From the NCBI GenBank assembly GCA_964016885.1, contig OZ024740.1, forward strand, positions 59,272,001 to 59,336,000: a DNA stretch of 64,000 bases. Direction: 5' to 3'. Source of the DNA: Eledone cirrhosa (taxonomy: Eukaryota). Under the pieces are notes generated by a model. The model was not told the origin of the DNA and made no database searches. It saw nothing but the letters and a program-made list of their open reading frames with translations. Below are positions 25,881 to 37,999 of the stretch, piece by piece. Every line of letters starts with the position of its first letter. The stretch's first letter is position 1. A program made the translations under genes and the position numbers.

Positions 25881-26013
25881 TTGTTTTACGATCATTTCAG
25901 AGGGTTGATTGATCGATGGAGATTAATGTATCAACTAGCATGGTAGTGGTTATGTTACTACCTATTTCTAATCTAGAAAACCCTGTTCAATCGGCTGTCC
26001 TCCTCAGAAACAA
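25881..26013 (-). ncRNA. Type I hammerhead-like motif with long stem II insert
   Basis: UUGUUU-CUGAGGA-GGA...UCU-GAAA-U-GAUC-G-UA-AAACAA; same element family as 9361-9520. Confidence 0.55.
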
Positions 26014-26673
26014 CCAGGTGGACTACGATATATATATATATATATATATACAGTTCAAGAGTAACCAATCTTAAAGAGAGTGATGGAGATAGGAGAGGAG
26101 AGATTGGTGAATTAGTTAGAAGCCAAAGGAGTTACTTCCCCTGAAACCACCCTCTAATTAGTAAGGTAAATATGTCCATTGGTGGCCATCTTGTTACCCA
26201 TAGGCAGATCTCACACAATGCAGCCTCGACAGATGAATACTGCTTGATTATGGCTGACAATTGATACACCCAGGACACCATAGTGAAATACCAATATATG
26301 GAACATTACATTATGTAACATTCTCTCCTTATCTTAATTTATATTCCTTTGAAGTTCCGATGAGCCACTCTGTTTTTAAATATGTTAATTATTTTCAACT
26401 AAACCAGATCAATAATGATATATAGTCATTTGATCCAGAAATATTATATGGAGTAGCAAAACAATTGTAAACGGACATTATTATTATTAATATTATTATT
26501 ATTATTCTCTACATTCCTTACATCAAACTAAAATATGTTGACAATCTTTTAATAATGTCTTCCTTGTAAAATTGATGGTCTTGTTTTGCTTAACTAATGA
26601 ATATATATATATATATATATATAGTAAAAGATTGAGGAATAACATGGTCGGCTGTATAATAGGGTTTATTTAA

Positions 26674-26782
26674 AGTATTAACAATTGTTTCATTAGTCCA
26701 GTGTGTTTAAAAGTCACTGATCATTAGAAGTCACGTCATCGACTTTATTACAGTTGATACCTGACCAAATCGTCAGAATACT
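26674..26782 (-). ncRNA. Type I hammerhead-like motif
   Basis: AGUAUU-CUGACGA-UUUGGUC...GACUAAU-GAAA-C-AAUU-G-UU-AAUACU; palindromic stem III ACAAUUGU. Confidence 0.55.
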
Positions 26783-26854
26783 GATTTGATACAGAGTACT
26801 CATAACCTCTAGTTGGATTACCTTAAACAATATCTTGTTATCTTATATATATAA

Positions 26855-27043
26855 GGGCGGTGGATTGGCAGTATCGGTAGAGGGCTGGACGCCATGCTTT
26901 GACGCATAGCGTTACGGCCCTTGCCATTCTGAGTTCAAATCCCGTCGAGGTTAACTTTGCCTTTCATCCTTACGGGGTCGATAAAATAAAGTACCAGTAA
27001 TGTACTGGGTAATTGCTAGCCTTGTGCCAAAAGTAGAAATAGT
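26855..27043 (+). mobile_element. OR-like tRNA-derived SINE, full length
   Basis: A/B boxes, core and tail as in other copies. Confidence 0.85.
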
Positions 27044-27772
27044 TATCTTATATATATATATATACACACACATATATGATAGGCTTCTGTGCATTTTCTC
27101 TGTACCAGATTATCTTACAAGGTACCAATATTTATGAGATTGAATCCGGAACCGTATGGTTACAAAGTGGATACTGTAACCACAGAGCATATTATCTTAA
27201 ACAAATAAATGTCAATGTTTAAATATCATAACAACCCTTTATTATTCCCCCCCCCCCCACACCTTGCCCTACCCACCCTCCACAAGTCAATAGAAAAAAA
27301 AACAGTATCAAGAATTCTCCTCCCTTCTCTCACACACAAAGAAAGCAACAATATATTTTTTTTAAAAGCCAAAAAAGAAACAAAACAAAATAGTATGATA
27401 GCATCAATAATGTCAAAGTTTAGAAAGAACATATTAACTTGAGTGTAGATCTCATTCAAAAGTTTGTATCTCTTTCTAAGAAAATGTTAAACTAACTCCT
27501 CCGTCTGATATAAGTGATATTTTCAATCACAATCAATACTGATGATCATTTTTTGGTTGAAACATGACTGTTGAGTGCAAACGTGATATGGATGGATGTT
27601 TAGTATCTATTTCAAAATAAGAGTTGACTGACCTCATCAGAGACGGTAGACTATAAAGAAAAAGAACAAAAAAGATTGTCAAATTAGTTGGATTAGCATT
27701 TCAAGATGGGAATTTTTTCAAAAATGTCAATATTCCATAATTCGTCACTGAATTATTATTATTATTATATAA

Positions 27773-27959
27773 AGGCGGTAGATTGGCAGTATCGGTAGAG
27801 GGTCGGATGCCATGCTTTGATGCATAGAGTTACGGCCCTTGCCATTCTGAGTTCAAATCCCGCCGAGGTTAACTTTGCCTTTCATCCTTACGGGGTCGAT
27901 AAAATAAAGTACCAGTAATGCACTGGGTAATTGCTGGCCTTGTGCCAATAGTAGAAACA

Positions 27960-27962
<3 letters not shown>
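27773..27962 (+). mobile_element. OR-like tRNA-derived SINE, full length, followed by (ATT)n
   Basis: A/B boxes, core and tail; (TTA)n at about 27960-28003. Confidence 0.85.
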
Positions 27963-28004
<42 letters not shown>

Positions 28005-28137
28005 GTTATTGTTATTGGTAACCTACGTAGTAAATCATACTATCGTGAGCTCTGCAAAGGTTTCTTATTTTCAGTTGTTTAAAATTGCCATTTATGGAAA
28101 TTTTTTATTGTTAACTGTATATAAGTGTACATACATT

Positions 28138-31100
28138 CATCATCATCATCATCATCACCGTTTTACGTCCGTTCTTCCACGCTAGCATGGGTTAGACGGG
28201 TTGTCCTGTTGTGGGCAGTGTCTGGTCGGCTGACCATGCCTTGCTCATACAGGAACTGATTTGGCTTGATTTCTACAGCTGGATGCCCTTCCTAACACCA
28301 ACCTCATTTACAGTGAGTGCTGGGTGCTTTTTCGTGGCGCCTACACGTCCACTTTACAGTGTGGGCTGGGTGCTTTTTTGCCGTGGCACCTCCACGACCA
28401 CCTTGCGGTGGGGGGGTGGGGTGGGGGGCATATTGTTTATATGCTTCAGCATGTACCCATGGGAGGTCGGGTACCCTGTATTACTGCGTGACACCAGAAG
28501 TCACGGTCGTGTGTCATTGACTTTGAGAGGTGTAGTTGGGTAAGGTCGGCTTTTATCACCTCATCCCAAGTCATCTTGGGTCTCCCCACTCCGCGGTTTC
28601 CATCAACTTCTAGTGCTCTGCACCTTTTTATGCAGCTGTCATCCTTCATACGCATCACATGTCCATACCAGCGTAACCGCCTCTCCTGCACGCAGCATTT
28701 GATTCCTCTTATGCTCAGTCTCTCTCTCAATTCCTTTATGCTTTGTCGTTCACGTATATTACTGTTACACATCCATCGGAGCATGCAGGCTTCGTTTCTC
28801 TCTAATCTACGTAAGTCTTCCACCTTCAGCGCCCAGGTCTCACTACCATGCAACATCGCTGTTCGGATACACGCATCATACAGTCTGCCTTTCATTCTGA
28901 GGGAGAAGCCTTTTGCAGCTAGCAGTGGTAGTAGTTCCCTAAACTTCTTCCATCCCGTTCTTACCCTAGTTATTGTACTTTCTGAGCACCCACCTCCGTT
29001 GCTAATTCGGTCACCTAGGTAGCAGAAGCTGTCTACTGTTTCTACAGGGCCCTCCCAGAGATTGGTGGTATTTGTTTCCTGTGGCTGTTTGCTTGCTGTT
29101 TCAGCACAGCTGCTGCATGTGAATCCTACATTCTTAATTAAGCTTCCTGAGATCCCGCTACATCTCTTGTGTACCCATTGTTTGCATTTGGGGCAGAGAA
29201 TGGAGTTCCTACCTACACCTTTCCTACATACTGAGCAAGGCCATTTCCCTGAGGGGATCTGGGTTCTGTTTTCTCGTCTACTTATAAGGACCTTAGTCTT
29301 TGTCATGTTGACTTTGAGGCCCTTTCTCTCTAGTCCCTGCTTCCAGGTTTGGAATTTATTCTCTAGTTCTACCATAGATTCAGCTATGAGTGCGAGGTCA
29401 TCAGCATACAGGAGTTCCCATGGGCATCCGGTCTTAAACTCCTCCGTTATTGCCTGCAGGACTATGATGAACAGGAGAGGGCTAAGAACAGAGCCCTGGT
29501 GGACCCCAACCTGTACGCTAAATTCCTCGCTATACTCATTGCCAATCCTAACTTTGCTGACTGCTCCCCTATACATGGCTTGTACCGCTTTCACAAGCCA
29601 TTCATCTACTCCTAGTTTTCTAAGAGCCCACCAGATTACTGCACGTGGAACTCTGTCAAAGGCTTTCTCAAGGTCGACAAATGCCAAGTAGAGTGGCTTA
29701 CTTTTAGCTAGGTACTTTTCCTGTAATTGCCTCACAAGGAAGAGGGCATCAGTGGTGCCTTTCCCTGGTACAAACCCAAATTGCATCTCGTCTATATTCA
29801 CCCGGTCCCTAATCAGCTGTGCTATAACTCTTTCTGTTACTTTCATGACCTGGTCCATCAACTTTATACCTCTATAGTTTCCTCTATCTAGTGCATCGCC
29901 TTTACCTTTGTAGCAGTTGACAATGATGCTACTGCACCAATCTTTTGGTATGGCCCCCTCTAGTATTACCTGGTTAACGATACGTGTGGTTATAGTGTGA
30001 CCTACAGACCCAGATGCCTTCAGCATCTCGGCAGCTATACCCGATGGACCGGTTGCCTTCCCTATCTTCATATCTCTGATTGTCTTACTTACTACGCTGC
30101 CGCTGACTTGTACTGCTGGTCCCTCTATAGGGTCTACGTGGGGTAGGGTCTCTTCTTCCCATGCATTCTCCTCATTTAGTAATCTATCATAATGACTCTT
30201 CCATGCATCTTTCTTCTCAGCACTTGTGAGGGCAAGCTCACCTTTATCATTCCGGATACACTTCTCTCCAATGACATCACAACTATCTCTGACACACTGC
30301 CTCGCAATCTTGAATACCTCCTGTTTCTGGTCCTCACGTTGTAAAACATGCTTGAATTTTCTATCCTCTGCTTCCCTCCTAGCTAAGTATACTTGTCGCC
30401 TAGCTTCCCTCTTGGTCTCTATGTAATGTACCCTGCTCCCCCTGTTCTTCCATTCTTTCCATGCCTGTCTCTTGGCCTTGACTGCTTCATCTACCTTATT
30501 GTTCCACCACCAAGTCACTCTCCTCCTGCTTGAGGTCTTACTCCAGCCACAAACCTCATCCGTCGCCTCTAGTAAGTTATTTTTTAGGAACTCCCAGTTC
30601 TCTTCTTCGTTAAATGTCTCTATCTGTTCTTCTTTACTGTCGTAGGCGTTGAGTAAAATATCTTTAAATCTGTTACTGGTTGAGGGGACTTTCAGCTTCC
30701 AGATCTTCTCCAGGTTGGCCTCTGTTTCAGGGCTCATCTAGTTCTGACCGTGAGGTCACTGACAACTAAGCTATGTTGGGATGTACATTCCTCACTAGGG
30801 AAGGCTTTTGTGTTTACGACCGTCCATCTGTCACGTCCTCTGATGAGGATAAAATCTAACTGACTAGAGTGCTCCCCTGATCTATAGGTGATCAGGTGGT
30901 TGTCGGGTTTTTTAAAGTTTGTGTTACATATCGACATGTCATTGGCGTCGCAGAATTCTAGAAGTCTGAATCCTTCCTCATTCCTTGTGCCAACTCCATG
31001 GCCTCCATGTACTCTATTGAAGCCGTCGCAGTGTTTACCTACGTGTCCGTTAAAATCTCCTGCAATGATTAGGAAGTCCTTGTCGTCTGTTAGAGCAGTA

Positions 31101-31204
31101 GTGTGTATTAGGGACTCGTAAAACCTATCCTTAAGTTCGTCTGGCAGCCCCGATTGGGGTGCGTAAGCTGATATTATTGTGGTAATTGTCTTATTCAGAA
31201 CTAG
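28138..31204 (-). mobile_element. RTE-clade LINE, 5'-truncated, with partial APE, RT and an embedded PHD finger
   Basis: ORFs 30734..31273 (AYAP, AGDFNGHVG, LDFIL, SQH) and 28446..30737 (NYRGIKL, DLEKAFDRV, HQGSVLSP, YADD, RRLRWYGHV); (GAT)n tail on the element strand at 28138. Confidence 0.93.
28446..30737 (-). CDS. RTE LINE reverse transcriptase ORF (763 aa open), frameshifted from the APE part
   Basis: RT motifs intact; C4HC3 segment CSVC...CPKC..WVHKRC...CSSC. Confidence 0.85.
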   Translation of the reverse strand: MSPETEANLEKIWKLKVPSTSNRFKDILLNAYDSKEEQIETFNEEENWEFLKNNLLEATDEVCGWSKTSSRRRVTWWWNNKVDEAVKAKRQAWKEWKNRGSRVHYIETKREARRQVYLARREAEDRKFKHVLQREDQKQEVFKIARQCVRDSCDVIGEKCIRNDKGELALTSAEKKDAWKSHYDRLLNEENAWEEETLPHVDPIEGPAVQVSGSVVSKTIRDMKIGKATGPSGIAAEMLKASGSVGHTITTRIVNQVILEGAIPKDWCSSIIVNCYKGKGDALDRGNYRGIKLMDQVMKVTERVIAQLIRDRVNIDEMQFGFVPGKGTTDALFLVRQLQEKYLAKSKPLYLAFVDLEKAFDRVPRAVIWWALRKLGVDEWLVKAVQAMYRGAVSKVRIGNEYSEEFSVQVGVHQGSVLSPLLFIIVLQAITEEFKTGCPWELLYADDLALIAESMVELENKFQTWKQGLERKGLKVNMTKTKVLISRRENRTQIPSGKWPCSVCRKGVGRNSILCPKCKQWVHKRCSGISGSLIKNVGFTCSSCAETASKQPQETNTTNLWEGPVETVDSFCYLGDRISNGGGCSESTITRVRTGWKKFRELLPLLAAKGFSLRMKGRLYDACIRTAMLHGSETWALKVEDLRRLERNEACMLRWMCNSNIRERQSIKELRERLSIRGIKCCVQERRLRWYGHVMRMKDDSCIKRCRALEVDGNRGVGRPKMTWDEVIKADLTQLHLSKSMTHDRDFWCHAVIQGTRPPMGTC

Positions 31205-31293
31205 TCTGAAAAGGACACTCAAAAAGATTGGGGCCTTGAGCCCAAAATTTAAACTTTTATAATTATCAAACAAAAATTTTTCTTTGAAAAATC

Positions 31294-33212
31294 ATGGACG
31301 ACTCAGATTCACTCCTTCCTCACAAACTAAAACTAACACCTCACACCGACACCACCATTGTAAATATTACTACGTTTGCCAACACTAAAAATATAAGCAG
31401 TAGCAATATTTTAAATTTGTCTCAGGCAGACATTCATTTCCCGCCATTACCAATGACTGCAGGTGTTAAAGCCGCCACCCCCACCACCACCACAGCGACA
31501 ACAGAAACAAAAGAAAAAAATAAATTAACTCGTGAGATCGAAATGAATTCAACCAAAATGAACTCTTCCACACCGAACACCACTGACACCCCCACCACCA
31601 CAACTGAAACTAAAATTAATAATAACAAAAATAACGATAACAACAACAGCAACAATGACATTAAGAAAACCACCCTGAGTTTTGCCAGAGTAGCAAAACA
31701 GTGCGAAGCATTTCAGGTAACTCAGGAGGAATTAGAAGAAGCCCCAAAAATGGTAAAGAAAGATGGGTACAGGGTCAGCCTCACCCCCCCACCTAATAAA
31801 ATGGAGCATCGGCGCCTATGCACCGTGTCTTATCGAACAATTTATATAAAATCGCGCCGAGTGGAACGGGCATCCGAGTCCCAAATCCAAAAAGCTTTGG
31901 GACATGTGTGGGCAAAAAAACCCCACATCAGACGTGGGCAGAAATATGGAACCGTGGACGTGTTCTTTGAAACACAACAGGAGGCTAGAGAACACTCCAT
32001 GGCCCCATTAAGAAGTGACGACTTCACACTCGTCCCAAGCTATTGTGGCCAGAGACTCGTAAAGATCAGGGTCACCCACGTTCCCCCGGCCATCGAAATT
32101 CCCTGGCTAATAGCTGCCGTCTTCGCCGGCATCGAAGCCAACACAAAGATAATAGCAATAGCAAAAGAAAAGCAGGAGAACTGGTCCGGATCTGGGATGG
32201 AGCTCCTGATCCAAGCAGACCAATAAAGCATTGAGGAGATCCCAGAGGTAATAGACCTCACTCACGGCAGCCACCTCATCATAATAGTCGAGGGCAGAAG
32301 GCCTAGGTGTGTCGTTTGTGGTGAAGGAACCCACCTAAGGGCTTTCTGCCCTCCGGCTAAAAGTTTGATGCCACCTTTCTTACTCACCCCAGTGACTCAA
32401 CCATCAACACCACCAGCACCAGAGATAGCAGCAACAACTGTAGCAGCAACAACAGAAGCAACTGTAACAGCAACAACCCCAGCAACAGTAGCAAAACCAA
32501 CACCACCACCACCCAACGCGCCAGAACTAGCACCAGCGCCTCCACCATCCACCACGCCACAACCAAAACCAATGCCTGTGGAGGATTTTCCACTCCCCAG
32601 CCTATCAGCCTATCACAACTGGAGACAGATTGTGACGACGAGGAGTGGGAAACGGTATCAGGAAAAAAGAAAAAAAGAAACCCAAAAAGAAAAAATTCTC
32701 TTCCTTCCCCCTCCAAAAACAAAATACAGAGGGAAACAAATAAACTATCAAACAAAAAAGTTAGGACAGATATGCCACCATCCACACCAGCATCACCAAC
32801 CCCATCACCACAAACACCAACACCATCACCATCACCAACACCACAAAAGTCACCAAAAAGCCAAACAGAAACAAAACCACAACAAACGCAAACAAAACAA
32901 AACAACCAAAACGATACACACTACACAGCAATAAATTTGAACAACAACCAATTATTACACTACATCCAACACAACACCAGCATCACAGAAAAAGACTACA
33001 CAACAACCCAAAAGTTCACACCACCTCCACACATACAAATCACTCGCATCACACAGAAAACGTACACGACACTAAAACAAAAATTTCCCAAAGACGTCGG
33101 AGACTTCCGACAAGCACTCTCCAGGAGGATTTATAAGGACATCCTTCCGGAGGAGGCCACAAGCAGTGAAAAGGATGGACAAACCATCCTTCCTCTACGA
33201 GAAGTAAGGTAA
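31294..33212 (+). pseudogene. Tx1 ORF1 (RRM-like region plus CCHC knuckle CVVCGEGTHLRAFC, Pro/Thr-rich tail), with stop and frameshifts
   Basis: ORF 31294..32226 reads through a TAA into IIVEGRRPRCVVCGEGTHLRAFC, then ORFs 32365 and 32772. Confidence 0.75.
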
Positions 33213-33246
33213 GTGGTCTTTCCCATCTTTTCCACTCCATTTCAAC

Positions 33247-36200
33247 ATGACCTCACTCAGAATAGGCAGCATAAATGCGCGTGGCTTGGGGTCGTCATGG
33301 AAGCAGGGCCACCTGCTCAACGACCTCAGGTCACTAAACATAGATGTAGTGGCCATCAGCGAGACCAGAATCTCCGAAGCACGGGCCTTCGCACCGATCT
33401 TCGGCGGCTACGATGTGTACGCATCTCCCAGCCGTCCTGGATCGGGGGGAGAAGTTGCTGTCCTTTTTTGGAGAGGTCTGGATCTCGCCATATGGGCCAT
33501 CTTCCTGGACCCAGAAGGTAAGTTGGTGGTGCTGGACGTGACCAGCGGAGATGGGCAAGCTTTCAGGCTAGTGGGCGTTTATGCTCCGACAGGAGCAGGG
33601 CGACCTGATTTCTTCCGGCGTCTGGAGACCTTTCTTGGAACGTCCCGCCCTTTAGTGTTAGTGGGTGACTGGAACGGGATCTTAGATGCACACTGGGACT
33701 GTGTGGGATTAGCGGATAGGGGAGGAGGGTGCAAGAGCCTCACCAACCTGCTCAGGCGTTTTGAACTGTCTGACAGGTACCGATTGGATTTCCCGAATGT
33801 GCCAATGTGGACTTGGACAAATTGCATAGGGTCATCCAGATCATATCTAGATAGAATATTTTGTAGGGAAATAGATAGGTCTAGCATAGGCTGTCCACAA
33901 TTCAAGATAGTCAGCTACACGGACCACAAATTTGTGATCTGTGTGCTTGACTTAGATAGGCTTCATAGACGAGGACCCGGGTACTGGAAGCTAAACGCGT
34001 CCTTACCAGCGTGCAAGGCCTACAGAGACAGGATTAGCGAACTAGTTAAGCGGGCGTTGACGGAGGCAATCGTCAACAACAAGTGGTGGTTTGCTCTGAA
34101 AAGAGCGATTAGAATAGAATCGATTAGGTTTAGTAAGGCTTTAGCAATAGAAAAAAATAGAGCAGAGGGAGAAATAGTTAGAAAATTAGACGAGGCGCTT
34201 AGCAAAGGCATCGCGATCGACGTACTTGCGGCGAAATTGACCCTTGACCAATTCTTCAATGCAAAGCACGAAGGCTGCGTTGTCAGAGCTAGGGTGCGTG
34301 CTCTCAGACACGAGGGGACGAAAGCCGTTCAATGGGCCCGAGTGGCGGAGGCGCGTCGTGGCAACAAAGCCACGATCCGGTCTTTGGTGGACCACGACGG
34401 GCGCATGCTACTCGATCCCGGGCAAATGTGTGAAGCTTTTCAGCGACACTTCGCACTGCTGTTCGAGGGCAGCGGCGGGCCAGATCGAGGGATGGACTTT
34501 AGTGTCTATCACGACGGACTGCCGCAGCTCTTGGCCACTGAGGCAGAGTGTTGCGAAAAGCCGATAACAACCGCTGAAGTACGGGAGGCAATGACTGGCT
34601 GCACAAGGGGTAAATCGCCTGGTTTGGATGGTCTGCCCTATGAACTTTACGTACAGATGCCAGACTTGTTCGGAGGCCTCTTGGCGGACGTCTACTGCAA
34701 CTGGCAACAGAACGGGAGAATTCCCAGCTCTGTAAGCCGAGGAGCTGTGGCGCTGCTGAGAAAGGATCTGAACAAGGGGGATAACATAGATAATTTCAGG
34801 CCCATAACTCTGCTAAGCACAGAGTTCAAGATTTTGGCCAAGGTGCTAGCAAAGAGATTGGCGCTTGTCGTTGGTGTTCTGGTGGGAGAGGCGCAGACAT
34901 GCGCCATTCCCGACAGTTCCATCCACGACAACCTCCACCTCATGCGATACATCGTAGAGAGGGTAGCTAGGGAACCTGGCACGGGTGGGTCCTTGATCAA
35001 TTTAGATCAGTCGAAAGCTTCCGATAGGGTCGACCATCGTTACCTAGCGGCAGTCCTGAGGGCGGCTGGCTTTGGGTCCGTCTTCAGAGGCTGGACCGCT
35101 CCATGCACAACGACATCTGCTCTGTAGTGAGAGTGAACGGTCACCTTTCGGAACCGTTCAACATCATGCGCTCGGTCCGCCAAGGATGTCCCCTCTCGTC
35201 CCTCTTGTACGTATTGACTCTCAAGCCATTACTGCACAAACTGGAGACGTTGAGGGGGGTCCTGCGTGAACTAGGATGCGGAAGATCCGTGTCAGCATAT
35301 GCGGACGATGTCACCGTAGTGGTGTCGAACGCCAAACACATCGAGACAATAGGCACTACACTAAGACAATACGATGCTGTGACAGGAGCAATGACCAACC
35401 AGGAAAAGTCAGTGGGCCTGCAGCTCAGCACCTGGAGAGGCAGGTCCATGCCATCCAACAGCGTCGTCGTGCGCTGGACGGACGGACCGGTTAAATTGCT
35501 AGGGGTCTGGTTCGGTCCGGACCTCCAGACGGACAAAAACTGGGACGAGGTGACGAGCAGGGTGGTTTCTCTCACCCAGAAATGGGCGGAAAGGAAGCTA
35601 TCCCTGAAAGGTTGAGCGGAGGTGGCTAATGCGTACATCGCGTCCGTCATCTACTACCGCCTGACCGTCGTACCTTGTCCTAAGCCCCGCCTGACTGCGC
35701 TGGAGCGTTTGCTCTTTCGCTTTTTGTTGAAGGGGATGCGCTCCCATGGTCAGGCGGTCCATCTGCTGTCAACACCCGCTACATGGAGGGCTGGGCATGC
35801 CATGGCTGATAATGCACAGACACGCGCTCAGGCTATGACATCTCCACCTCTTCTTCGACGGTGATCAGGTGTGGTCGCCGTTTGCTAGACACGTCTTTCC
35901 CCAGCTCGTCTCCTTGACGGAGCTGCAGTCTGGGTCAAGCGAAGACCGAGAGGGAACGCTTGGAGACTGGAATGTCTTCAGGCGCTCACAGCCCTCGACC
36001 AATCGGGCAATGTGATCGGTGGAAACTCCACCTTGGCGTTCTATAGAGGATTAGTGGAGGGGAAGAGCGACGACGTAATTGGGGAAACTCTAGGCGTCGA
36101 CGAAAATCAACTAGCCAATCTCTTCGGAAGAACTTTCGGGCTGGGGCCTATGGACAACTTCCAGAAATCCCTGACCTGGCAGTGCTACCGAGGAGCTTTG

Positions 36201-36666
36201 CCAGTTTGGGATAAACTCAACAGGCATGGAGGTGCCGTCAGCCGGGCATGTTTGAGATGCGCGCAGGGCGACGAAACCGTCCTGCACGCATTCGTCCAGT
36301 ATCCGAGCATTGCTGACTTGTGGGTTTATGTCGAACACCTGCTGTCACGTGTAGGATGGATCCAGTTATCAGCTGAGTCCATCGTGAGGATTGCCCCACC
36401 CTCTTCCTTTAGCCGGGAAGGGCAGGCAATTTTTATCTGTCTGGTGGCCATGGCGAAAGAGATAGTATGGTGGACGCGTCTGAAAGGGCTGAAGACGAGC
36501 ACTTACCTCTTCGGTTTTGCTCTGATTAACCTTTTCAAATTTCATTTGAAAAGGAAAATCAGGGTAGAGTGAGAAGTGCTCTGTTCCCAGCATTTTGTTG
36601 AAAGATGGGTGAGAGAGGCAAGAATGGCCTGAGTGAATGGCCCTAGTTTGAGTATATGCCTGTAAT
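33247..36666 (+). pseudogene. Tx1 ORF2 (APE endonuclease, RT, C-terminal zinc finger), disrupted
   Basis: SINARGL, AISET, VYAP, VGDWN, SYLDRIF, YTDH; GKSPGLDGLP, FRPITLL, RQGCPLS, AYADD; CxxC..H; frameshift near 35100 and several stops. Confidence 0.9.
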
Positions 36667-36919
36667 TTGAATGTGGAAAACTGGGAGAGGACACTTGCCC
36701 TGGTGGTCAGGGTCACCGTGGCTTTTGTTAATGGCCTTTCTCCACGATGGGCCTCGGAAGTCTCCCCCCATTGAGGAATTTTTTCATTGTTCTTTTATTA
36801 CATCCTCTGTTTTTTGTTTTTTTACACACAGAAATGCCAATTTGTACCGTCCTGTATTGTCCTGTACTGTCCTTAATGTCTACTTGGTGTAAACCCTTGT
36901 GGTTAATAAAGAAAGCATT

Positions 36920-37985
36920 CGCTTTTTGTGAAAGGGACGCGCTCCGATGGTCAGGCGGTCCATCTGCTGTCAACACCCTCTGCGTGGAGGGCTGGGCATG
37001 CCGTGGCTGATGATGCGCAGACACGCGCTCAGGCTACGACATCTTCACCTCTTCTTCGACGGTGATCAGGTGTGGTCGCCGTTTGCTAGACACGTCTTTC
37101 CCCAGCTCGTTCTATAGAGGATTAGTGGAGGGGAAGAACGACGACGTACTTGGAGAAACTCTAGGCATCGACGAAAATCAACTAGCTAATCTCTTCGGAA
37201 GAACTTTCGGGCCGGGGCCTATGGACAACTTCCAGAAATCCCTGACCTGGCAGTGCTACCGAGGAGCTTTGCCAGTTCGGGATAAACTCAACAGGCATGG
37301 AGGTGCCGTCAGCCGGGCATGTCCGAGATGCACGCAGGGCGACGAAACCGTCCTGCACGCATTCGTCCAGTATCCGAGCATTGCTGACTTGTGGGTTTAT
37401 GTCGAACACCTGCTGTCACGTGTAGGACGGATCCAGCTATCAGCTGAGTCCATCGTGAGGATTGCCCCGCCCTCTTCCTTTAGCCGGGAAGGGCAAGCAG
37501 TTTTTATCTGTCTGGTGGACATGGCGAAAGAGATAGTATGGTGGACGCGTCTGAAAGGGCTGAAGACGAGCACTTACCTCTTCGGTGATGCACCGATTAA
37601 CTTTTTCAAATTTCATTTGAAAAGGAAAATCAGGGTAGAGAGGGAGGTGCTCTCTTCCCAGCTTTTTGTTGAAAGATGGGTGAGAGAGGCAAGAATGGCC
37701 CGAGTGAATGGACCCACTCTGAGTATATGCCTGTAAATTGAAGGTGGAAAACTGGGAGAGGACACTTGTCCTGGTGGTCAGGGTGACCGTAGCTTTTTTA
37801 ATGGGCTTTCTCCACGATGGCCCTTGGAAGTTTCCCCCTATTGGTGAATTTTTCATTGTTCTTTTATTACATCCTGTGTTTTTTGTTTTTTACACACAGA
37901 AATGCCCTTTTGTTCCATCCTGTATTGTCCTGTACTGTCCTTAATGTCTACTTTGTGTAAACCCTTGTGGTTAATGAAGAAAGAA
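36920..37985 (+). mobile_element. 5'-truncated tandem Tx1 copy with a 130-bp internal deletion
   Basis: Repeats about 35718-36919; ends AATGAAGAAAG-(ATT)n. Confidence 0.85.
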
Positions 37986-37999
37986 TTATTATTATTATT

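Larger units (their letters stand above)
28017..36919 (+). mobile_element. Tx1-clade non-LTR retrotransposon, near full length, decayed, 5' UTR interrupted by an RTE insertion
   Basis: 5' UTR 28017-28137 plus 31205-31293 matches the uninterrupted copy at 56107; ORF1 and ORF2 present; 3' end AATAAAGAAAGC-ATT. Confidence 0.9.

Noticed and set aside
26855-26945. tRNA-like A and B boxes
   Set aside because: SINE heads, not tRNA genes: no cloverleaf, and always followed by the SINE core and tail.
27633-27645. CTGATGAGGTC on the minus strand as a hammerhead core
   Set aside because: No paired stems; the context is better explained by splice signals of a microexon.
28576-29691. Plus-strand ORFs of 148 and 209 aa
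   Set aside because: Antisense shadows of the RTE RT frame; similar shadow ORFs occur over the Tx1 and Dong copies.
33206-33214. Consensus donor AAG|GTAAGT overlapping the Tx1 ORF1 stop
   Set aside because: Single occurrence; region deleted in copy 2, so conservation cannot be assessed.
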